Of a stretch of 53,529 bases of DNA, positions 38,793 through 46,791 are shown in pieces. Numbering within the stretch: the first letter of the stretch is position 1; each line of letters starts with the position of its first letter. The notes beneath the pieces are model-generated. The model was not told where the DNA came from, did no database searches, and saw nothing but the letters and a program-made list of their open reading frames with translations. Both the position numbers and the translations under genes were made by a program. Origin of the DNA: Candidatus Sysuimicrobiota bacterium (lineage in GTDB: Bacteria; Sysuimicrobiota; Sysuimicrobiia; Sysuimicrobiales; Sysuimicrobiaceae); NCBI GenBank assembly GCA_040289515.1, contig PSLI01000009.1, forward strand, positions 1-53,529. The letters run 5' to 3'.

Positions 38793-40859
38793 TCACAGTC
38801 TCCACAGGCTCACCACCACCAGGACCGCCAGGCCCGCAGCGGCCACCAGGATGTAGTTGTACGCGCGGCCGGTCTGCAGGGGCTGCAGCAGCAGGCCTAG
38901 CCCCCGGGTGGCCCAGCCCACCAGGTTCACCAGACCATCCACCACGTACGTGTCCACCAGACGGTGCAGGCGGCTGGTGAGCACCGTGGTCCAGCCCACC
39001 AGGTTCACCAGACCATCCACCACGTGCCGGTCGAACCACCACAGCCCCGCCGCCAGTGCGAGCCCGCCGCGGACGAACACCCAGCCGTACAGAGTGTCGA
39101 TGTACATGCGGTTGCGCAGGAACCCGTACGCCGGACCCGCCCATGCCCGCACCTGGTCGCTGCGCACCCACTCGAGGCCGTACACCACCCAGGCCACCGC
39201 CATCCCCGCCAGGACGACCCCGAGGGAGCGCAAAGCCAGAGGCCACGAGAAGCTGGGCGCCTGAATGCCCGCCGCCTCGAAGCCCTTGAACTTCAGGAAG
39301 TGATGGATCCAGGACCCGCCCTCCGGCCCCGTACCCGGGACAGCCACGAACCCCGCCCCAAAGGCGAGCAGGGCCAGCACCACCAGGGGGACGGTCATCA
39401 CGGGCGGGCTCTCGTGGGGCTCTGCGGAGCCGTGGTAGCCGTGGGGGCGGTACAGCCCCGCCCGCGCGTAGTCCTCCGGCAGCCACGGATCGGGCTCCGG
39501 GTGCGCGGGTCCCCGATACGGACCGAAGAAGGCATAGGCCACCAGCCGGGACATGTACAGGGCCGTCAGGAATGCCGCCGCGGTGAGCACGGTGTACACC
39601 GCCGGCTCGTGGTGGTATGCCTCCAGCAGGATCTCGTCCTTGCTCCAGAAGCCCGAGAAGGGGAATACGCCCGCCAGGGCCAGGAAGCCCGCCAAGAAGG
39701 TCCCGAAGGTGACAGGCATGGGGCGCCACAGGCCACCCATCTCCTTGATGTTGTTGGTGTGCACCGCGTGGATCACGCTGCCTGCAGCCAAAAACAGCAG
39801 GGCCTTGAAGAAGGCGTGGGTCAACAGGTGGAACAGCCCCGCGGTGTACCCCAGCACCCCCAGCCCGGCCATCATGAAGCCCAGCTGGCTAATGGTGGAG
39901 TACGCCAGGATGCGCTTGATGTCGTCCTGGGCCACCGCCATCAGGGCCGCCAGCAGCGCCGTCACCGTGCCCACCCAGGCCACCACGGTGAGGGCCTCGT
40001 GGTGCGGGGTGTAGAAGAACAGGGGGTAGGCGCGCCCCACCAGGTACACGCCCGCGGCCACCATGGTGGCCGCATGGATCAGGGCGGACACGGGCGTGGG
40101 GCCCTCCATGGCATCCGGCAGCCACACGTGCAGCGGGAACTGTCCGCTCTTGCCGATGGGCCCGCCGAACACCAGCAGGGCGGTGAGGGTCACCAGGGGT
40201 ACCTCCCACGGGCCCAGGCGCACCACCGCCGCAGCCTCCTTGGCCCCGCGCTGTACGGCCTCGAAGACCGCGTGGTAGTCCACCGTGCCGAACTGCCAGA
40301 ACAGGGCCATGATGCCGATCAGCATCAGGGTGTCCCCGACCCGGGTGGTGAGGAAGGCCTTCATCTGGGCCATGTTGGCGGATCGCCGCCGGAAGTAGAA
40401 GCCGATGAGCAGGTACGAGCACAGGCCGATCACTTCCCACCCGATGAGCATCAGGAGGAAGCTGTTGGCCAGCACCATGGTCAGCATGCCCGCGCAGAAC
40501 AAGGAAAGGAAGGCGAAGAAGCGGGGGGTGTAGGGGTCCCCCCCCATGTAGCCCACCGAGTACACGAAGATGAGGCCGCCCACCAGGGTGATCATGGCCA
40601 CCGTGATGGCCGAAAGATGGTCTACCGTGTAGCCCACGGTGATGACCCGCTGCCCACCCACGGCCCAGGCAGCGCGCCACACGAAGCTCTCCGCACCCAG
40701 GACCTGCTCCACGAACACCCCCCAAGCCACCAGGGCCGACAGGGCCATGGCCCCGATGGCCACGAAGGGAGCCCGGTCCCCCAGGGCGCGGCCCCGGAAG
40801 ATCAGCACCGCGTAGCTGGCCAAGGGAAACAGGGGGATCAGCCAAGCAAGCCGTGCCAC
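38793..40859 (-). CDS. nuoL: NADH-quinone oxidoreductase subunit L
   Basis: WEVIGLCSYLLIGF, KSGQFPLHVWLPDAMEGPTPVSALIHAATMV and HAFFKALLFL motifs. Confidence 0.96.
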   Translation of the reverse strand: MARLAWLIPLFPLASYAVLIFRGRALGDRAPFVAIGAMALSALVAWGVFVEQVLGAESFVWRAAWAVGGQRVITVGYTVDHLSAITVAMITLVGGLIFVYSVGYMGGDPYTPRFFAFLSLFCAGMLTMVLANSFLLMLIGWEVIGLCSYLLIGFYFRRRSANMAQMKAFLTTRVGDTLMLIGIMALFWQFGTVDYHAVFEAVQRGAKEAAAVVRLGPWEVPLVTLTALLVFGGPIGKSGQFPLHVWLPDAMEGPTPVSALIHAATMVAAGVYLVGRAYPLFFYTPHHEALTVVAWVGTVTALLAALMAVAQDDIKRILAYSTISQLGFMMAGLGVLGYTAGLFHLLTHAFFKALLFLAAGSVIHAVHTNNIKEMGGLWRPMPVTFGTFLAGFLALAGVFPFSGFWSKDEILLEAYHHEPAVYTVLTAAAFLTALYMSRLVAYAFFGPYRGPAHPEPDPWLPEDYARAGLYRPHGYHGSAEPHESPPVMTVPLVVLALLAFGAGFVAVPGTGPEGGSWIHHFLKFKGFEAAGIQAPSFSWPLALRSLGVVLAGMAVAWVVYGLEWVRSDQVRAWAGPAYGFLRNRMYIDTLYGWVFVRGGLALAAGLWWFDRHVVDGLVNLVGWTTVLTSRLHRLVDTYVVDGLVNLVGWATRGLGLLLQPLQTGRAYNYILVAAAGLAVLVVVSLWRL
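38913..39025. repeat. Exact 35-bp direct repeat with 78-bp period inside nuoL
   Basis: CCAGCCCACCAGGTTCACCAGACCATCCACCACGT at 38913-38947 and 38991-39025. Confidence 0.95.
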
Positions 40860-40912
40860 TGGGTCCTCCCCGCGTCGTGCTGCAGGTCCCTACGCGCCGC
40901 CGTCTGCACCGT

Positions 40913-41221
40913 CTACCCCTTCAGCAGGTCCACCTGGTCCACGTTCACCGTCTCCAGGTGGCGGTAGGCGTTGATCACCAGGGCGAGGCCCACCACGGCC
41001 TCGCAGGCAGCCAGGGTGATCACCACCAGGGCGGCGATGTGGCCGCGCACGAAGGTGGGGTCCACAAAGCGCGTGAAGGCCACGAAGTTCACGTTGGCCG
41101 CGTTCAGCATGAGCTCGATGCCCATGAGGATGGCCACCGCGTTCCGCCGGGTAAGGACGCCGAACAGACCCAGCCCGAACAGAAGGCTGGAGAGTACCAG
41201 GTAGTGAGCGAGCCCGATCAT
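40913..41221 (-). CDS. nuoK: NADH-quinone oxidoreductase subunit K
   Basis: RRNAVAILMGIELMLNAAN and AACEAVVGLAL motifs. Confidence 0.95.
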   Translation of the reverse strand: MIGLAHYLVLSSLLFGLGLFGVLTRRNAVAILMGIELMLNAANVNFVAFTRFVDPTFVRGHIAALVVITLAACEAVVGLALVINAYRHLETVNVDQVDLLKG

Positions 41222-41712
41222 TCCTCCCTCCGGGCGATGACGATGGCCCCCACCAGGGAAGCTAGGATGACCAGGGAGATGACCTCGAAGGCCAGAACGT
41301 AGGGCAGAAGAAAGCTCCGCCCCACGGCACCCGGGTTGTAGGCGGGCATGGGCCCCGCGGGCGGACCCCACGGAACCCGCAGGAGGACCCCCCACAGAAG
41401 CAGCACCAGCGCCCCGCACACCACGAAAGCCAGGGGGACCTGCTCGTTCCGCTGGCGCACCCGTAGGCCCGTGGCCCCCTCCGTAAGGAGGATGACGAAC
41501 AGGATGAGCACGGTGATGGCGCCCACGTAGATCAAGATCTGGATGGCGGTGACGAACTCCGCGTGCAGCAGCACGTACAGCCCGGCCACCCCCAGGAGGG
41601 TCGGGACCAGGGACACCGCCGCGTGCACCAGGTTCCGCGAGAGGACCACGAGTCCTCCGCCGGCCAGCACCATAGCAGCCAGGGTGTAGAAGGCCAGGGC
41701 TTCCGCGTTCAC
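41218..41712 (-). CDS. nuoJ: NADH-quinone oxidoreductase subunit J
   Basis: NLVHAA, AEFVTAIQILIYVGAITVL and FEVISLVIL motifs. Confidence 0.94.
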   Translation of the reverse strand: MNAEALAFYTLAAMVLAGGGLVVLSRNLVHAAVSLVPTLLGVAGLYVLLHAEFVTAIQILIYVGAITVLILFVILLTEGATGLRVRQRNEQVPLAFVVCGALVLLLWGVLLRVPWGPPAGPMPAYNPGAVGRSFLLPYVLAFEVISLVILASLVGAIVIARREE

Positions 41713-42725
41713 CGCACGACCACCATCAGCAGGCCCGCCACCAGAAGGTTCACCATACTGACGGGCAGGAGGACCTTCCACGACAGCCCCAGAAGCTGGT
41801 CAATGCGGAACCGCGGGTAGGTCCAGCGCACCCACATGAGGAAGAACACCACCGCGTACGTCTTCAGGACGAACCACACGAGCCCGTTCACCACGGGCCC
41901 CGCCCCGGGCAGTTGAAAGGGGCCCTTCCAGCCGCCCAGAAACAGGGTGGTGAACAAAGCAGAGCTGGCCAGCAAGGACCCGTACTCCCCCAGCTGGAAC
42001 AGAGCGAACCGCATGGGCGTGTACTCGGAGAAGTACCCCGCCACCAGCTCCGCTTCCGCCTCGGGGAGGTCGAAGGGGATCCGGTTAGCCTCCGCAGTGG
42101 CTGCCACCAAAAACACCACGGCCGCCACCACCACCGAGGGGTACAGGTACGCGGGGTACGGCTGGGCCTCCACGATCCGTACCGTGGACAGACTGCCCGT
42201 GATGGTGGCCACCAGGATCAGGGAAAAGCCCAGGGGCAGCTCGTAGGACACCATCTGCGCGGCGGACCGTAATCCCCCCAGCAGGGAATACTTGTTGTTG
42301 GACGCCCACCCGCCGGCCAGGATGCCGATCACCGTGAGGCTGCTTACCGCGGCGAAGTACACGACCCCCACATTCAGGTCCCGCACCACCCAGCCGGGGG
42401 CGAAGGGGATCACCACCCAGTCCAGGAGGGCAGCCACCGCCACCAGGATGGGCGCCACGGAGAACAACACCACGTCCGCCCGGTACGGGGCGATGTTTTC
42501 CTTATAAAGGAGCTTCAGGGTGTCCGCCACCGTTTGCAGCAGGCCGTGGGGCCCCACGTGCTTGGGCCCGACGCGGGCCTGGATCCAGGCGCTGATCTTC
42601 CGTTCCGCCAGCACCAGAAACAGCGGTCCGCCCACCGCCAGGAAAGTAAACACCACGGCGGCCAGAACCACCATGCGGACCAGCTCCACCTGCCACAGGG
42701 CGCCGAACAGCCCTCCTACACCCAC
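41709..42725 (-). CDS. nuoH: NADH-quinone oxidoreductase subunit H
   Basis: ERKISAWIQARVGP, GWASNNKYSLLGGLR, PFDLPEAEAEL and PRFRIDQL motifs; start uncertain (GTG 42725 overlaps the nuoA end). Confidence 0.94.
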   Translation of the reverse strand: MGVGGLFGALWQVELVRMVVLAAVVFTFLAVGGPLFLVLAERKISAWIQARVGPKHVGPHGLLQTVADTLKLLYKENIAPYRADVVLFSVAPILVAVAALLDWVVIPFAPGWVVRDLNVGVVYFAAVSSLTVIGILAGGWASNNKYSLLGGLRSAAQMVSYELPLGFSLILVATITGSLSTVRIVEAQPYPAYLYPSVVVAAVVFLVAATAEANRIPFDLPEAEAELVAGYFSEYTPMRFALFQLGEYGSLLASSALFTTLFLGGWKGPFQLPGAGPVVNGLVWFVLKTYAVVFFLMWVRWTYPRFRIDQLLGLSWKVLLPVSMVNLLVAGLLMVVVR

Positions 42726-43072
42726 TCCAGAGCACCCTTCCCCCACGCGTAGGCCAGGCCGACCCCCAGAACTCCCAGGAAGATCAGCATCTCCACGAAG
42801 GCGAACCCACCCAGCTCGCGGAGGACAACGGCCCACGGGTACATGTAGATCACCTCGATGTCGAATAGCAAAAACGCCAGGCCAAAGAGGTAGTACCGCA
42901 CATGAAACTGGCTCCAAGCTTCCCCGAAGGGGATGATGCCCGACTCGTACGCCACGCGCTTCTGCGGGTACTGGCTGCGGGGGGCCAGCAACCACACCAG
43001 CCCCAGGGGAAGAGCCGCCATCCCCGCTCCCACGAGCGCGAAGACCGCCACGTACGCCCAGTCCAGCGGCAC
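42716..43072 (-). CDS. nuoA: NADH-quinone oxidoreductase subunit A
   Basis: YESG, RYYLFGLAFLLFDIE and YAWGKGALEW motifs. Confidence 0.95.
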   Translation of the reverse strand: MPLDWAYVAVFALVGAGMAALPLGLVWLLAPRSQYPQKRVAYESGIIPFGEAWSQFHVRYYLFGLAFLLFDIEVIYMYPWAVVLRELGGFAFVEMLIFLGVLGVGLAYAWGKGALEWV

Positions 43073-43240
43073 CCGCTCACCTCAACGGTTCAGCTGCCTC
43101 CTCGTCCGCGCACGGGTTCGGCGCCCGCGCGGCCGAGCCTTGCCCGCGGCCGCCGTCGGCGCACACCTGCGCCGGTGGAAAGCGGGAAACCGAATGCGAA
43201 GGGACACGCCGGATCGCGCGTCCGGCCGCGGCCCACGGGC

Positions 43241-43269
43241 ATCATACGGGCACCCCTGAGGGCTGTCAA
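43241..43269 (-). promoter_or_regulatory. Sigma70-type promoter of the nuo operon
   Basis: TTGACA (43269-43264), 17-nt spacer, TATGAT (43246-43241). Confidence 0.75.
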
Positions 43270-43579
43270 GCTGGCCCGCAGTCCCGGCTTCGCGTCGGGC
43301 CGGAGGTCCGTTCACCCCTGGGGCGGTGCGGGTGCGCAGGGCGTCGGAGGAGGCGCCGGGTATCCCGGAGGTCCTCGCGGAGCTCGAAGAGCCGAGGGTC
43401 ATTGGCCGGCTTCGGGCAGCTGGGCACCCATCACGACCGCCTCCACGGGTGGGGACCTGTTCACGTCTCGCCACCCCTCCCAAAGTCGCGCGTACGGTCG
43501 TGTCCTGCGGGCCGGCGTGCTGCACGCGATCCCGTTCGGATCCTGGGTTTGAGCGCCTGCCGGTGATGGTACCAGGCCC

Positions 43580-44210
43580 TCAGCGGTGCCTCGAGACGCC
43601 GGCGGCAAACGCCGCCAGCTCCACGACCCCCCTTCCAGCCTGCTCTTCTCGGCGGCCAGCGCCATCAGGTGGCTGTCGATGGATTCCCGCATCGAGGTCT
43701 CCGGGGCCCCCTTGCCCCGCCGGGCCGCCCGCACCCGGCGCACAAAGACTTCCATAAGCTCTCGTCTCCGCTGCCGTGCAAGAGTCCCGACACGGGGCGA
43801 AACGTCTGGCGCCCGGCTGGGCGGAAGGTGCACAACCCAACCTCTCCCCTGCTCCAGGTGGTCCCGGATCTCGCCGTTGGTGCCCATGATCTTAAGGGTG
43901 CGGGTGTTCTCCTCGGTGAAAGCCGGGGGGGTGGACGCGGCTGTGACGCCGTTTTCGAACTCCAGGGCCACCACCTGGTGGCCGACCGCGTCGTTGTCGA
44001 AAAAAAGCACCGCCCGTAAGGCCCGTCGCGCGGGGCTTTGATCCGCCCTTCCGCCGAGGGATCCTCGGTGATGACCGACACCGGCCAGCCGTCCCAGCCG
44101 GCCAGAATCTGCGTGTAGAACCGGGGGGCGGAGAACGCGCACCGCTCTTCGGCGGGGCAGGCGTCGGTGCAGCGGGGCGGGGCGCCCTCGGGGGCGTTTT
44201 CCTGCCGCGC
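43580..44210 (-). pseudogene. Frameshifted C-terminal half of a Gfo/Idh/MocA oxidoreductase
   Basis: ENAPEGAPPRCTDACP..GPYGRC in one frame; DNDAVGHQVVALEFENGVTA..RTLKIMGTNGEI and SHLMALAAEKSRL in another. Confidence 0.75.
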
Positions 44211-44211
44211 A

Positions 44212-44421
44212 ACCGTCCGCCTCAAGGGCGGGCGGGAGGCCGTACGTGGCAGCCAGGAAGAACCGGTCGCCCTCCAGGAGCGAGACCCAAGCCGTCTTTG
44301 CGTCCAGGAAGCGCGCCAGGGCCGGCAGAACACCCTCCAGCATGGGTTCCAACTCCACGTGGCGGTTCACCAGGTCGGCGACCGCTACGAGAACCTCGAG
44401 ACGCGGAGCGCTATCCCCCAT
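44212..44421 (-). pseudogene. N-terminal GAF-domain fragment of a sensor protein
   Basis: Strong RBS plus ATG; LVAVADLVNRHVELEPMLEGVL..TAWVSLL..FFLAATYGLPPALEADG, then an abrupt junction into the oxidoreductase relic. Confidence 0.55.
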
Positions 44422-44799
44422 CCTCCCTCCCACGCGCGAGCTTCCCCATTTCCTCATCCCGCACAGCGCACGTCCCGGCCAACCAGCACCCGCAGGGGTC
44501 CGTTAAACTCTGTGCTCGAGGGCATCAATCGGTGCAGGAACCGGCTTCGCTAACCAGAGCTCCAGCGCGGCGTAGGACACGCTGCCGCGTGTCCTATACA
44601 GGGTGAGGATGGATGGCAGCCAGCCGGGCCAAGCGTGCGGGACCCAGCGCCCTGCGGGTGGGCCCGACCAGGCTCCGGGCGGATGCTGTCGTCCACCCGT
44701 GCCAGACGGGGTGGTGGCGTGTCATGGTCCCCTTAAGGATCTGCCGGCGCGGGATCGTCGGAGCGGCTCCGACATTGGGGATCTGACCCCAATTTCCGG

Positions 44800-44905
44800 A
44801 GAAGGACTCCGCCAGGGCGCTTTGGCGGTTGACGAAGTTCAGCACCTCGTCGAAGAGCAACAGCACCCGCCGGCGGCCTCGAACAGACGCCCGACCGCCG
44901 CCGTC
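44800..44905 (-). pseudogene. DUF499 family ATPase fragment (Walker B region)
   Basis: GRLFEAAGG/VLLLFDEVLNFVNRQSALAESF with a frameshift. Confidence 0.55.
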
Positions 44906-44984
44906 ACCCCGTCGCCCGCCTTCTCAATAGTGGTAGACCCGCAGGAGGTGGTGCGCCGCCTCCCGACGGTGAGCCGCCTGTCCG

Positions 44985-45200
44985 CGGAATCGAGCCCCCG
45001 CCCCGGAAAGGACCGACCACCGTCGGAGCCGCTTCTGCATCAGCGCGCGGATGATCTCGAAGAGCCGTTCTCCGCTCGCGCTCCTGCGCCTCTTCGGTGG
45101 GCAACTTCTTCGAATGCGCGCTGGAGTCTTCCCCCACCGAGGCGAACCGCACCGCCCCGGAAACCGGTAGCGGCAGCCGCGCCCACCAGGGGTGGGCCCT
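44985..45200 (-). pseudogene. DUF1156 adenine DNA methyltransferase fragment
   Basis: HPWWARLPL..AVRFAS..PTEEAQERER/RLFEII..PTVVGPFRGGGSIP resembles HxWWARRPL and DPFAGGGSIP. Confidence 0.7.
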
Positions 45201-45418
45201 TTGGGTGCAGCTCATGGCACCTTCCCAAACAGGTCCAGCGCCGCCCGCATGCTCGTCTCGTCAGGGGACAACAGACCGAGCTCCCCCGCACCAGCCGATG
45301 GTCGAGCGTGAAGAGCTTGAAGCGCACTTTGGAGGGGCCGGGAGCCCCGCCCCTCAGGAAGGTTATATATGCAGGCGCGGATACCTGGTTGAAACCGCTA
45401 CGGGAGCGGCATTCCAGC

Positions 45419-45494
45419 TGGAGCCGGCGAGGGGATTCGAACCCCTGACCTGCTGATTACGAATCAGCCGCTCTGCCGACTGAGCTACGCCGGC
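45419..45494 (-). tRNA. tRNA-Thr(CGT)
   Basis: GCCGGCGTAGCTCAGTCGGCAGAGC..GCTGA-TTCGTAA-TCAGC..GGTTCGAATCCCCTCGCCGGCTCCA; extended -10 TGCTATAAT at 45513-45505. Confidence 0.97.
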
Positions 45495-45533
45495 GCCCGC
45501 GGGGATTATAGCAGACCGCCGCCGAAGAGCAGG

Positions 45534-46673
45534 TCAGAGCTGGACCAGCCGGTCCCCCGCGCGCCTGGCACGTTCCGCCGCGGCCTCCGCGGCGCCCAGC
45601 ACCGCCGCGGGTTCCTGCCCGCCGCCGGTATACCCAGACAGCCCGAAGGACACCCGAACCGGGGTCCGCATGACCACCTCACTGCGGATGCGGGCTGCCA
45701 CCCGCTCCGCCTGCTCCACCGTGGCACCCGGGAGCAGGCAGGCCAGCCGGTCCTCGCCCAGGTGCGCCACGTAGTCCGACCGGCGCAGCTCCCGCTGGAC
45801 CGCCCGCGCCACCTCCTGCACCACCGTGGCCGCCCCGGAGTCCCCCAGGACCCGCCGCAGCTCCCCCAGGTTCTCCAACACCAACACCAGCACGGACAGG
45901 GGCTGCCGCTGCCGCTGGGCACGCAGCACCTCCTGCTGCAACCGCTCCCACAGGCGGTGGGGCAGATCGAAGCCGGTCACCGGGTCACTCTCCGCGCGCG
46001 TCCACCCACCCAGGTTGAGCCGGCGCGCCAGCAAGGTGGGCAGAAGGAGCACCACCACGGCCCCGGGGTTGGTCTGGAATAGGGCGGCCACGGCCACCCC
46101 CAGGGGAACGGACACCACCAGGGGCCCCAGGCCGGGACACGCGTGCAGCCGCAGGCTGTGAAAAACCGGCACGCCCGTGGCGGCGGCGAAGTAGCGGGCG
46201 CGCACCGCGAGGGCGGCCATGCTCCACAAAACACCTACCAGCAGGTAGCCCGCGGCGTTGCGCGATAGGTCCACCCACCGCGGGGAGGGAACGGCGTACA
46301 GGTAGGCGCCAGCTGCCACCACCGCGGGCAGCACCCGCCGGCCGAAGCGGTAACCCAGCCGCAGCGGGTCCGAGCGCCGCAGCAGGTCCAGGACCAAGGA
46401 CAGCACCGCCACCATGCCCACCGACAGGAACGGTCCCACCACCACGAACCCTGCCGCCGCCCCCACCTCCAGGGCGTCCGCAGGTTCCTCGTCCAGGCTC
46501 CAGCCTGCCAGCAGCGTCAACACCGCCAGGGCAGCCAGGTCCGGCCACGAGGGCCACCAGGGCTGCCGGTCGGTGCCCAACACCCACAGGGCCACGGTGG
46601 CCAGCACGGCGAGAAGGACCAGCAAGCGCACATACCCCTGCACGCGCAAACGCGCGCCAGGTCCCCGGGCCAT
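45534..46673 (-). CDS. Multi-TM membrane protein with degenerate GGDEF domain
   Basis: Hydrophobic N-terminal region; DPVTG..LQQEVLRAQR..PLSVLVL..RRSDYVAHLGEDRLACLLP..VSFG. Confidence 0.85.
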   Translation of the reverse strand: MARGPGARLRVQGYVRLLVLLAVLATVALWVLGTDRQPWWPSWPDLAALAVLTLLAGWSLDEEPADALEVGAAAGFVVVGPFLSVGMVAVLSLVLDLLRRSDPLRLGYRFGRRVLPAVVAAGAYLYAVPSPRWVDLSRNAAGYLLVGVLWSMAALAVRARYFAAATGVPVFHSLRLHACPGLGPLVVSVPLGVAVAALFQTNPGAVVVLLLPTLLARRLNLGGWTRAESDPVTGFDLPHRLWERLQQEVLRAQRQRQPLSVLVLVLENLGELRRVLGDSGAATVVQEVARAVQRELRRSDYVAHLGEDRLACLLPGATVEQAERVAARIRSEVVMRTPVRVSFGLSGYTGGGQEPAAVLGAAEAAAERARRAGDRLVQL

Positions 46674-46791
46674 GGGTTCTGCCACCTCGACCTCCCCCGG
46701 GTAATTTCCAGGGCAACCTGGGTAGTTCCTAGTCCGCAGGACCACCGGCGGGCCGTGGTATCCTTTGGGGACGCGGAGGGGAATCCGGGCA

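Noticed and set aside
44500..44553. LNSVLEGINR, faintly like an ISL3 transposase C-terminus
   Set aside because: Too short, with no further transposase motifs or terminal repeats.
43270..45418. Intact integrative element with att repeats at tRNA-Thr
   Set aside because: No integrase and no second copy of the tRNA 3' end were found by eye; only relics remain.
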